From: Octopus sinensis
Taxonomy: Eukaryota
Length of the DNA: 64,000 bases
Direction of reading: 5' to 3'
Assembly (NCBI RefSeq): GCF_006345805.1
Contig: NC_043020.1
Location: forward strand, 10,292,001 to 10,356,000
Position 1 is the stretch's first letter. Every line of letters begins with the position of its first letter. Under the pieces are notes generated by a model, which worked only from the letters and a program-made list of their open reading frames with translations, made no database searches and had not been told where the DNA came from. Of the stretch, positions 24,299 through 35,655 are shown piece by piece. The translations under genes were made by a program, and so were the position numbers.

Positions 24299-24336
<38 letters not shown>

Positions 24337-24549
24337 TGTCTGTGTTTGTCCCCCTAGCATTGCTTGACAACCGATGCTGGTGTGTTTACGTCCCCGTTAG
24401 TTAGCGGTTCGGCAAAAAATACCGATAGATTAAGTACTAGGCTTTCAAAGAATAAGTCCTGGGGTCGAGTTACTCGATTACAAGGCGGTGCTCTAGCATG
24501 GCCGCAGTCGAATGACTGAAACAAGTAAAAGAGTAAAAGAGTAAAAGAG
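23756..24549 (+). mobile_element. Two adjacent SINE-B copies (23756-24188 variant; 24194-24549 5'-truncated)
   Basis: Family consensus. Confidence 0.85.
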
Positions 24550-24952
24550 CAGTCGACAATAAGTGGGAATAAAGTAATCTTGTATGATGGAAATGTAAAA
24601 ATAGTCTTTCAAAACTTACATATTTCAAGCTATCTTCCAGCAACGGCTGTCGTGACATTTGGCCATACGGAAGGACGGTGAAACAAGTAGAATTAGGTCG
24701 ACTTTGCCTTTTAAACTTTTGAGGTCGTTAAAATATTTTCAGATAGAATAACAGGGAATCATTATTGATTAAATTCCATTTGGTGTGACATTTACACGTG
24801 CTGAAGACGAGCGACTAGCCAAAGGTTGGGTTAACTCAATCGATTTGACTCTTCTCTTAACCGTGTATCTCTGATCGTCAAATGGTGGTGAAGGACAATC
24901 GCAAACCCAAAGACACATGTGCGCACACACACACACACACAGATATACATAC

Positions 24953-25163
24953 TCTCTTTACTCTCTTTTACTTGTTTCAGTCATTTGACTGCGGCCATGC
25001 TGGAGCACCGCCTTTAATCGAGCAACTCGACCCCAGGACTTATTCTTTTGTAAGCCCAGTACTTATTTTATCGGTTTCTTTTTGCCGAACCGCTAAGTAA
25101 CGGGGACATACACACACCAGCATCGGTTGTCAAGCAATGCTAGGGGGGACAAACACACACACA

Positions 25164-25213
<50 letters not shown>

Positions 25214-25629
25214 CAACAGGCTTCTTTCAGTTTCCGTCTACCAAATCCACTCACAAGGCATTGGTCGGCCCGTGGCTATAGCAGAAGACACTTGCCCAAG
25301 ATGCCACGCAGTGGGACTGAACCCGGAACCATGTGGTTGGTTAGCAAGCTACTTACCACACAGCCACTCCTGCGCCTATATCTTTACCTTTTTATCCTTT
25401 ATCAGTTATTTGACTGCGGCCATGCTACAGCACCGCCTTGATGGGTTTTATTCGAACAGATTGACCCCCCCCCCCCAGGACTTATTTTGTTTTAATGCCT
25501 AGTACTCATTCTATCGCCTTCTTTTGCCGAACCGCTAAGTTACGGGGACGTAAACACGTCAACACCAGTTATCAAGCGATGGTAGGGGACAAACACAGAC
25601 ACAAAGACACACACACAGAACAATACACA

Positions 25630-25630
<1 letters not shown>
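24953..25630 (-). mobile_element. Two adjacent SINE-B copies (24953-25377 full; 25382-25630 diverged 3' part)
   Basis: Family consensus. Confidence 0.85.
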
Positions 25631-25950
<320 letters not shown>

Positions 25951-26543
25951 CGGACCCAAGGGAGGGGCCTGAGGAGAACGTGACACACTGAAAAAAGATG
26001 TGCACCCTCGTAAATAATATTATTATGCTCTTTTCTCAAATATGCATGCACTTACATACAGTCACACACGCACATACACTCACGCATACATAATAAATAC
26101 ACACCCTCTCTTTCTCTCTTAGACGCACACACACACACATACATATAGGCACTCACACATTCACACACACATACACAGTCACACATGCCCTCACTCACAC
26201 ACACACATACACACGCGCGCATATACACTCAAATATGCACGCACATACATATTGCTGTTGCAGATGTGCAAGATGAAAGAAAAACAGTGATCAAAGTTGT
26301 AAATGAATATTTATCTACCGTTACTTAATATAATGCCACACCTCAACGAGCAGGCGTGATATTATTGAAAGAGCATGCGAGGTTAAGAAAGTTAATTTCG
26401 GCCTGTATGTGTGTACACGTTCTCATTGTAGTAGTAATCCACAGATAGTGATAGAATGATGTCAGAGAAAAGAAATTGAGCTAGCGAAAGTGATAGAGTC
26501 GTGGGCAGTTGTGTCTCTTAGTTGGCTGGTTGTAACCTTCTTT

Positions 26544-26980
26544 GGATCTTTTCGGTTTGGACGGCAGTTTTTTAAAAATAATTTCCACGTAACTAAACAC
26601 TTTTAAACTTCGTATACTGGTAGAATGTGTTTATAAAACATCTTTTTCTCTTGGCTTTATTGAGAAAATTCTATAGTTTGTAAGATATTTGTTGTTGTTT
26701 TTTTTCTTCAATTTCTACAATTTCAACCAATCGATGACGTCTATTGAGGTAAAAAAAAACATTCTGTGCCGTATGAATATGTCCCTCATTTAAGAAACAG
26801 ATTGGGTTTATTTAATTTTCTGAAGAAAAAAAGATACCCTTCCCCCTAACCCTAACCCTAACTCTCACCCTAACCCTAAAACAGATTGGAATGCAATAGA
26901 TCGATACTAGGGTCATAATTATGGGTGACAATTTCATATGACACCGCTAGAAAAAACTGCCGTTCAAACGGAAAAGATCC
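26544..26980. mobile_element. MITE family G
   Basis: Both TIRs present, CCCTAA repeats at ~26846-26878, no TSD. Confidence 0.88.
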
Positions 26981-27158
26981 GACCACTCGCTTTCTAAAAA
27001 CTGCCGCATTACTCCACCAGTAGTTGCAATTCTAGCATGCAATTCAACTTCCCGCCTTCCATCTTTCTACGAGATGATATTATAAACACCAAATTTAGCA
27101 GCAGCCACTGACGTCGTGTGTAACCTTCAGTAAGGTCACCGGTATGGACTTCCATTTT

Positions 27159-27184
27159 AGCCCCTTGTGGGTAGTAAAGAAATA
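27159..27184 (+). mobile_element. 26-nt SINE-C tail-only insertion
   Basis: AGCCCCTTGTGGGTAGTAAAGAAATA between perfect 18-bp repeats GGTATGGACTTCCATTTT. Confidence 0.85.
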
Positions 27185-27250
27185 GGTATGGACTTCCATT
27201 TTGTTTATCTATGATGTAAGTCTCTATCTCCGCCTCACTATTGTTAAATT

Positions 27251-27628
27251 CAGGAGTGGCTGTGTGGTAAGTAGCTTGTTTACCAACCACATGGGCAAGT
27301 GTCTTCTTCTTTAGCCTCGGGCCAACCAAAGCCTTGTGAGTGGATTTGGTAGACGGAAACTGAGAGAAGCCCGTCGTATATATGTATATGTGTGTGTGTG
27401 TGTATATATGTTTGAGTGTCTGTGTCTTTCCCCCTTGCATTGCTTGACAACCGATGCTGGTGTGTTTGTGTCTCCGTTATTTGGCGGTTCGGCAAAGGAG
27501 TCCGATAGAATAAGTACTGGGCTTACAAAAGAATAAGTTCCGGGGTCGAGTTGCTCGATTAAAGGCGGTGCTCCAGCATGGCCGCAGTCAAATGACTGAA
27601 ACAAGTAAAAGATAAAAGATAAAGAGAA
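27251..27628 (+). mobile_element. SINE-B with a deletion in the head
   Basis: Family consensus lacking the B-box segment. Confidence 0.85.
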
Positions 27629-27637
27629 GATAGGCTG

Positions 27638-28070
27638 GGCGATCTTTCGTCTCTAGTAGACCTACCGTCGATTTCCGTAAAAATTTTTTTTTTTTTTTAC
27701 ATATGGCCTTGCGGGAACTTTTGAAGTAATATACATACATATACACATACACCGAGTAAAAAATTTCAGTTATCTCTTTCTTTCACACATTACTCTCTCT
27801 GTCTCTTCACACACACTAACAGAAGCACTTCACTTACACAACATACTGTCTGTCTCCCACACCCCATCAAACACACACACGCACACACACACACATGTAC
27901 ATCAATGCTTCCCATGCACGGTAACTTCAAAAGAATTTCCCTCGTCATACAATCGCTTTCTCTTAGTCTCTTTCGCTCTCATTACTTCAAAAGTTCCCGC
28001 AAGCCCATATGTAAAAAAAAAAATTTTTACGGAAATCGACGGAAAGGTCTACTAGAGAGGAAAGATTGCC
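27638..28070. mobile_element. MITE family J, second copy
   Basis: Near-identical to 976-1404. 9-bp TSD GATAGGCTG (27629-27637, 28071-28079). Confidence 0.9.
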
Positions 28071-28124
28071 GATAGGCTGTTATCACACACACACACAACA
28101 ATAATAATCATACTTTCTGCTATA

Positions 28125-28729
28125 GGCACAAGGCCTGAAATTTGGGGGTGGGGATAGTCAATAACAGCGAGCCCAGTACTTAACTAGTACATATTCTACC
28201 GACCCCGAAAAGATGAAAGGCAAAGTCGACTGAGGCGGAATTTGAACTCAGAACATAAAGACGGACGAAATGCCACTGAGTATTTTGCCAAGCCTGCTAA
28301 CGATTCTGCCAGTTCGCCGCCTTAATAATAATAATAATCCCATCTGCTATAGGCACAAGGCTTGAAATTTTGGGGGGAAGGCCAGTCGATTAAATCGACC
28401 TCAGTACGCAACTGGTACTTCATTTATCGACCCTCGAAAGGATGAAAGGCAAAAATCAACCTCAGCGGGATTTGAACTCAAAACGTAACGGCAGACGAAA
28501 TACCTATTTCTTTACTACCCACAATGGGCTAAACACAGAGCGGACAAACAAGGATAGACAAACGGATTAAGTCGATTATATCGACCCCAATGCGTAACTG
28601 GTACTTAATTTATCGACCCCGAAGGGACGAAAGGCAAAGTCGACCTCGGCGGAATTCGAACTCAGAACGTAACGGTAGATGAAATGCCGCAAAGCATTTC
28701 GCCCGGCGTGCTAGCGATTCTGCCAGCAC

Positions 28730-28730
<1 letters not shown>
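28125..28730 (-). mobile_element. SINE-C cluster with an alternative tail (C2: GGCCTTGTGCCTATAGCAGA) and a standard-tail unit joined at GGTAT
   Basis: 28125-28323 is a C2 copy. 28338-28730 is a standard-tail unit followed at 28499-28504 by the rest of a C2-tailed unit. Confidence 0.8.
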
Positions 28731-28875
<145 letters not shown>

Positions 28876-28900
28876 TAATTAATTCTTTTATTGGCCACAA

Positions 28901-29104
28901 TGCCGGGCGAAATGCGTAGCCGTATTTCGTCTGCCGTTACGTTCTGAGTTCAAATCCCGCCCAGGTCGACTTTGCCTTTCATCCTTTCGGGGTCGATAAA
29001 TTAAGAACCAGTTACACACTAGGGTCGGTGTTATCGACTTAATCCGTGTGTCTGTCTTTGTTTGTCCTCTCTGTGTTTAGCCCCTTGTGGGTAGTAAAGA
29101 AATA
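28901..29104 (+). mobile_element. SINE-C, 5'-truncated
   Basis: Family consensus to the AAAGAAATA tail. Confidence 0.85.
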
Positions 29105-29819
29105 GATATTATATATGTTTTGTAGTTGAGGCAGGGGAAATCACTCTTAACTGATGAATGGGAAATAAAATAATGTATTGTTGAATGGAAGTAACTCACA
29201 TCCTCAACGTAGTTACAGAATTTTGGGATTCCGATACAACACTCCACCTACAACAACATTGCATACAAAGATTTTACAAGGAATTAACTCGGAAGAAAGT
29301 AAAACTATTACACCGGTATTGCCTTGATTTATTTTATACACAGTTCCATAGATTGAAGTTTAGTTCTTAAATTAAATGGGTTTTTTTACACGATCAGATT
29401 CAAAATACTACAAAATGAATTAAATACGGAACTCAAGCACTAGATTCTGTATTATGCTTTTGGTTCTAATACCAGGAATTATAAGCATTTTTCTGGTTCA
29501 CAGACAGAACCTTTAAGTAATCTGTAAGCGTGATTTCAGAACCACCGTTGTATTTATGGTATTCAGCCGTGTGGTGCAGAAGGCGTCACGGTGGAGAGAT
29601 TTTGTTGTTTTGAAGTTTTTGTTCGCTTTTCCCATTTTTATTGTTTTGTTTTATATTCATTGATTTTCCTCTTTTTTTTCCTTTTGTTTTCACTAACAAT
29701 TAAAACATTTTTGTCTGTAATTGTCATATCAGTACTGTTAGGGGTGGAATTCTGGTATACGTACCCGATATAACCGCTTATAACTTTTTTTTACTTTCTG
29801 AAATTTCAGAAAATTTTTG

Positions 29820-30236
29820 GGATCTTTTCGGTTTGAACGGCAGTTTTTTCTAGCGGTGTCATATGAAATTGTTATCCATAATTACGACCCTAGTATCGAT
29901 CTATTGCATTTCAATCTGTTTTAGGGTTAGGGTTAGGGGTGGCGGAAGGGTATCTTTTTTTCTTCACAAATGTAAATAAACCCAATCTGTTTCTTAAACG
30001 AGGGACATATTCATACGGCACAGAATGTTTTTTTTACTTCAATAGACGTCATTGATTGGTTGAAATTGCAGAAATTGAAGAAAAAAACAACAAATATCTT
30101 ACAAACTGTAGAATTTTCTAAATAAAGCCAAGAGAAAAAGATGTTTTATAAACACATTCTACCAGTAAACAAAGTTTAAAAGTGTTTAGTTACGTGGAAA
30201 TTATTTTAAAAACTGCCGTTCAAACCGAAAAGATCC
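29820..30236. mobile_element. MITE family G (Merlin-like) with internal TTAGGG repeats
   Basis: 29-bp perfect TIR GGATCTTTTCGGTTTGAACGGCAGTTTTT. 8-bp TSD AATTTTTG. Confidence 0.92.
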
Positions 30237-30621
30237 AATTTTTGCGAATTTAGGTTCTACATGCAGGAATTGAAAAAAAAAATGCAATTTTTTAAACTCC
30301 GACCCACCCAGAAATCTTAAAAGTTACACTCTTTTTCGATTTTGTTTTTTCAATTAGAATTTAAAATACAGAAAATCCGAATTTTTTGTTTAAATCCCAG
30401 CAACGAACCATCCTTAGGGGCATCTTCATGCCATTAAATGTTTTTTGGGAGGGAAATATATTGAAAAACATCAATACATATAGGCGTAGGAGTGGCTGTG
30501 TGGTAAGTAGCACACACACACACAAGCAGTTAGGCTATGCATACCTTTTGCTTTGGGTTGCCTGCTGAGCAGCTATGCTTACAGACACACATACACACAC
30601 ACACACTATATATATATAATA

Positions 30622-31009
30622 CATTCAAAGCTTTCTTCCAAGGGATCTAATGCGCTTAGATTTCCTTGGTGGCTTCCCAGGTCGGAGCAATCTCAAGATT
30701 AATCAGCCGAAATTGCAAAGATGATCCGGTTCTTGACTGATGACTGAGGGCTTCGAATGTCCCGTCCTGTGGTTCTTGTGTCGTCTTCTAGGTGTTTCAC
30801 GTTCTTGTCCCAGTTTGTATATATTTTTTACTTTTTACACACACATATATATATATATATATATAGATTAATCAGCCGAAATTGCTAGGATGATCCGGTT
30901 ATTGACTGAAGATTGAAGGCTTCGAATGTCCCGTCCGTGTTTTTTGTATCGTCTTCTAAATGTTTTACGTTCTTGTCCCAGTTTGTATTTTTCTACATAT
31001 AATATATAT

Positions 31010-31010
<1 letters not shown>
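30622..31010 (+). mobile_element. Family L (probable Penelope terminal repeat), two tandem copies in (TA)n
   Basis: 30700-30835 is repeated at 30866-30995. Contains CTGA(T/A)GA and GAAA cores. Confidence 0.55.
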
Positions 31011-31066
<56 letters not shown>

Positions 31067-31067
<1 letters not shown>

Positions 31068-31301
31068 ATATAGAGGGCATTATTACACATAAATGCCGCA
31101 CGCTAGGAGGGACTCTTAAAGTCAAAACTACCAAAATAAACATATCGTACCGAATGCAAGTCTCGAAGCAAGTCATTTAAAAACAGCTAAATTCTGTTTT
31201 TAAATGACTTGCATTCGGTACGATATGTTTATTTCGGTAGTTTTGACTTTAAGAGTCCCTCCTAGCGTGCGGCATTTATGTGTAATAATGCCCTCTATAT
31301 A
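31067..31301. repeat. Long near-perfect inverted repeat (96-bp arms)
   Basis: 31067-31162 vs 31206-31301, one mismatch. Inner hairpin GCAAGTCATTTAAAAACAG/CTGTTTTTAAATGACTTGC. Confidence 0.92.
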
Positions 31302-31390
31302 ATATAAATAAATATATTCAAGTGGAAAAAATTTTTCCCGCTAACTACTTGATAATTTCTTATGAAGATTTTATCCTATTTTTAAATTAT

Positions 31391-31752
31391 GTTTACCAAC
31401 CACTGTGTGGCACCTTGGGCAAGTGTCTTCTACTATAGCCTCGGGCCAACCAAAGCCTTGTGAGTGGATTTGGTAGACGGAAACTGAAAGAAGCCCGTCA
31501 TATATATGTATATATATATGTGCGTGTGTGTGTTTGTGTGTGCTTGTGTGTCTGTGTTTGTCCCCTAGCATTGCCTGACAACCGATGCTGGAGTGTTTAC
31601 GTCCCCGTCACTTAATGGTTCGGCAAAAGAGACCGATAGAATAAGTACTGGGCTTACAAAGAATAAGTCCCGGGGTCGATTTGCTCGACAAAAGGCGGTG
31701 CTCCAGCATGGCCGCAGTCAAATGACTGAAACAAGTAAAAGAGTAAAAGAGT
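31391..31752 (+). mobile_element. SINE-B, 5'-truncated
   Basis: Family consensus. Confidence 0.85.
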
Positions 31753-31962
31753 ATGTGTGTTTGTGTGCGTATGTGCTCACTATTACAACTTGGCTCTGTC
31801 TAAAGCAGGTTACAAAGAGCTTACAGACATATCAAAAATTTACATAATCAACATTGTTGTCTGGTTATGTTATATATCTGTCTGTATGAGGATGATGACT
31901 TTGCAAATCTAGAATCATGTCTCGTGTGAGTAGGGTCATTAACCTAGCATTTAGTGTATGAT

Positions 31963-32353
31963 TGTGGAGGTGCAATGGCCCAGTGGTTAGGGCAGCGGAC
32001 TCGCGGTCATAGGATAGCGGTTTCGATTCCCAGACCGGGCGTTGTGAGTATTTATTGAGCGAAAACACCTAAAAGCTCCACGACGCTCTGGCAGGGGATG
32101 GTGGTGATCCCTGCTATACTCTTTTACCACAACTTTCTCTCACTCTTACTTCCTGTTTCTGTTGTACCTGTATTTCAAGGGGCCGGCCTTGTCACTCTCT
32201 GTGTCACGCTGAATATCCCCGAGAACTACGTTAAGGGTGCACGTGTCTGTGGAGTGCTCAGCCACTTACACGTTAATTTCACGAGCAGGCTGTTCCGTTG
32301 ATTCGGATCAACCAGAACCCTCGTCGTCGTAACCGACGGAGTGCTTCCATCCC
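31963..32353 (+). mobile_element. SINE-A
   Basis: Family consensus. TSD AGTGTATGAT. Confidence 0.9.
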
Positions 32354-32436
32354 AGTGTATGATAGCTTTCATCCTTTAGACATTTAACTTACTGTGGCTT
32401 CATATTAAGATTAGTTTGCACAGGACTTTCTATAAT

Positions 32437-32637
32437 AGGCACGGGAGTGGCTGTGTGGTAAGTAGCTTGCTTTCAAACCACATGGTTCTGGGTTCAGTCC
32501 CACTGTGTGGCACCTTGGGCAAGTGTCTTCTACTATAGCCTCAGGCTGACCAAAGCCTTGTGAATGGATTTGGCAGATGGAATCTGAAAGAAGCCCGTCC
32601 TATATATGTATATATATATGTGTGTATGTTTGTGTGT
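32437..32637 (+). mobile_element. SINE-B 5' half
   Basis: Ends at the internal microsatellite. Confidence 0.8.
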
Positions 32638-33406
32638 TGTGAAATGGCCTTAACCTAAATTGTTATCACATCTGGCAAGACTGATAACAAAAATATATAA
32701 AAACAACAAAAATTTGCTTAAAAGTTTTAAGATAACTGATTTTAAAAAATTGAGGTTTATATTAACACTAGCATTAAAGACCCGTCGTTGCCGGGTCATA
32801 GTGCTAGTGCATGTATATATGTGTATATATATGTGTACATATTACATGTACATCTATATATATACATCTACACATAAAATACAAAATATAAAGTTATATC
32901 TTGATATCGCTAGTGATAACAATACTCAAAATATATAACAGACTGGAATTGTTAGCCCATCTCTTGTAATTTCGATCAATTGTATCTTGTCCTCCCTCTT
33001 GTATAGAAGTGTGGCTACAATCCAGCCTACCTCTACTTCTGGGGGTGGGGGTGGCATTTTTAATTTTCTTCCGGGACATCCTACATCCCAGATATAAAGG
33101 TAAAAATAAAATATTTCCACTTGGCAAGTTTGAGTCGAGTACTCCCTTGCACGCTCCGTTGACTCGAACCTTGCTTCTATTGTGGCGAATTTACCACCTC
33201 TGATTAGATACCTTTCATAGTCGCACCAAGACACTTTTCAAAGGTGCTTTCCTTCATGTTATTTCTTTATTACCCACCAGGGGCTACGAAGAATGGCGGA
33301 CATAACAAAACATGGGGGACATAGAACAATATGATTAAATTTATGAGCAAATGAAAATGAAAAAATGATAATATGAAAGCGATGCTAACGGCCCCCTCCG
33401 CCAGCA

Positions 33407-34501
33407 TCACTTACCTGTCCTTTTGTTTTCACTGTCACCTGAATGTTCATTCCCAATATTAAGACCATCCATATCCATTCTTACTCCGAAACTGTCCTCC
33501 ATATATTCCACGAATTCATCGCTCATTCTTGTATCTTTCACCTCCCAGTTCTCCCTTTCACACCTCAACACAAACTCATCTATATTCTTCTTTTCCAGCA
33601 CTGCATATCTGGTCCCATCCATTTCATACCATTCATACTCCTCCATTACCCTTTCAACCTCTTTCTGTTCAGTCACAATATAAATGTTCGGCCTGGGTTC
33701 ATTTTCAAACTCTTGTCTGTCTGTATTGTTATTTTTTTTTTGTTTTCTTGTTGGAGGGGAGCGGGTGGGTTCACTGTCTGCAGGGGAAGGGTGGGATTCA
33801 GAGGGTGCGGGTGGTGTTGGGGTGGGTTGGGGCTTCGCACAGTTTTTCTTTTTTTCCTTTTCTCTTTTTTCTTCCTTCTTCCACTCTTGTTGCATCTCCT
33901 CTTCTTCTGTCGTTTCTTTTTCCCTTTGGTTCTCTTTGGTTTCTTCCTCTTTTGGGGCTTCCGCGACGATTTCCTTTTCTTTTTCCTTTAGTGGGGGAGG
34001 GCAGTAGGCTCTTATGTGACCCCTCAGGCCACACTTGTAGCACCTGGGCGCCCTACCCTCCACCCACACTCTCATAATAATATTTCCAGTTTTTATACTG
34101 TCCGTAAGCTTTTCTATAACTTCCGCCTCCGTCTGTATGTTCATTACTAGTGTGGCACCTCTCACGCCTTCATATTTCATAATGGCGTGGAGGATGTCCA
34201 CTTTATCTTCATTTCCTTTGATAACCGCAGCCGTTATTAATTCGCCCTCTAGGTGTGGAGGTATTCCTTCCACCCTAATTCTGGTGGTCCTTCTATTCAA
34301 ATACGAGGGGAACAAGTAAAACTTTTCTGTACTCACCACCTTGGCTGCTATATTCCTGGCTGCTTTCTCACTTTTAAATTGTACCGTTATGGTTCCATAT
34401 TCTAATCCTTTTGTCATGTACACAATTTCTTCTCCTGTCCGTTTGAAAGCCTCTTCAATTGCTTCCATGTTAATCACTTCCATTTTTCTACCTCCATTCA
34501 T
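33407..34501 (-). CDS. Gag-like ORF1p of a non-LTR retroelement (L1/Tx1-like): RRM-like region, CCHC zinc knuckle, charged Pro-rich C-terminus
   Basis: 364 open codons. CYKCGLRGHIRAYC = CX2CX4HX4C, preceded by VEGRAPR. RIRVEGIPP resembles ORF1p RRM strands. Clade assignment is inference. Confidence 0.8.
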   Translation of the reverse strand: MNGGRKMEVINMEAIEEAFKRTGEEIVYMTKGLEYGTITVQFKSEKAARNIAAKVVSTEKFYLFPSYLNRRTTRIRVEGIPPHLEGELITAAVIKGNEDKVDILHAIMKYEGVRGATLVMNIQTEAEVIEKLTDSIKTGNIIMRVWVEGRAPRCYKCGLRGHIRAYCPPPLKEKEKEIVAEAPKEEETKENQREKETTEEEEMQQEWKKEEKREKEKKKNCAKPQPTPTPPAPSESHPSPADSEPTRSPPTRKQKKNNNTDRQEFENEPRPNIYIVTEQKEVERVMEEYEWYEMDGTRYAVLEKKNIDEFVLRCERENWEVKDTRMSDEFVEYMEDSFGVRMDMDGLNIGNEHSGDSENKRTGK

Positions 34502-34767
34502 AAATACTTTATATTAATGGTTCTACGATGGAACCAGTCTCCGCGCCCTGCTAGAGGCAACAGCTCAACCTCTCCGTTCTCCTCCTCCTTCATGAACTCC
34601 TGGAAGTCCGTCAACTTAGCCAGGTCTATCTCTTTTTCTGTTGACTTCTTCGTTATACCTGCATAGGTGCTTTCCATTTTTTTCACCGCCAACTCCTCCT
34701 CAGATGTCGACGAATTTTCAGAGAAATTTCTCCCTTCCATCTCATCCATTTGGTAGAGGCGGCTCAT
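34498..34767 (-). CDS. Probable N-terminal part of the same ORF1p (MSRLYQ..STYAGITKK..), in a different frame
   Basis: Its TGA overlaps the downstream ATG (TT-ATGA-ATG). STYAxxxKK resembles ORF1p N-termini. Confidence 0.55.
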   Translation of the reverse strand: MSRLYQMDEMEGRNFSENSSTSEEELAVKKMESTYAGITKKSTEKEIDLAKLTDFQEFMKEEENGEVELLPLAGRGDWFHRRTINIKYL

Positions 34768-35655
34768 AGTCGCCTCAGACCGAAAAACAGCCTCCCGAAC
34801 AGAAAACGTGCGACGCACAGAACCAGTGCGACGCGAAACCGCACCAACCGACGTTCCAATTCCGCAACCACAATTCACTTTTTGTTCTTTTTTCTTTTTT
34901 AACCGAATTTTACAGAGTGCAAAAAAACGCGACCTTTTTTCTCTACATTGTATACTTTATAGACAATAGTCTTTTCTTTAATTTAATTTTTTATTATCCA
35001 TCTGGACTATTCCATTTCTACACGCTAATTTTATTTTTAATTTATTCCCATTCATGTGAAACCACTTATTCAAGTTCAAGTCATTGATGCAATTTTATAC
35101 CAATTGATAGTTTTACTTTTGTTATGTTACGATTATATTATACTTTAGTTTGATTTTAATTATTACTTACTACATATAATTCAATTGTTATTATTATTTT
35201 TATTGTTAAAGTGAAAGTATCTGACATAAAATAGAGAAATGTTTTTGTTTCACTTTTAACACGTAATACTGAAATAGTGGAGAAGATATGATATTGCTAT
35301 GGGCTCGCTCTAGGCAAGAAGTTGAACATTTTTTTTTAGCTGATGACACTCCCCGGACCCTAAGTAAGGCAAGTGTAAAATTTAATGAAATTGGTTGTGT
35401 AGTTCTCAAGTTTTAGGGAAACACACAGACAGACAGACAGACACACATTCTCAGTTTTATATATGTAAAGATTGCTAAAAGTGCTCAGAACAGACAAGTA
35501 ATTTATTTGGTGAAAAAGCAGTCCTTTTTAGGAGAATGTTGCTTACTTTGTTAAGGGAGGGGTCTAGAAAATGGGACATGAAAGTCATCTGTTCATTTAA
35601 TGTGGGTTGGCAGCCTGTGGTTGATAGCAATTCATTATAGCAGGACAAATAATTG

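Larger units (their letters stand above)
33259..34885 (-). mobile_element. ORF1-only non-autonomous non-LTR retroelement
   Basis: GC-rich 5' leader, ORF1, ~150-nt 3'UTR ending TAGCCCCTGGTGGGTAATAAAGAAATA. No ORF2/RT and no TSD seen. 5' boundary approximate. Confidence 0.7.
32768..35471 (-). mobile_element. Helitron (non-autonomous), probably enclosing the ORF1 element
   Basis: Minus strand: 5' A|TCTTTACATATATAAAACTGAGAATGTGTGTCTGTCTG at 35471, and 3' hairpin GACCCGGCAACGACGGGTC + TTTAATGCTAG|T at 32768. That both ends belong to one element is inference. Confidence 0.6.
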
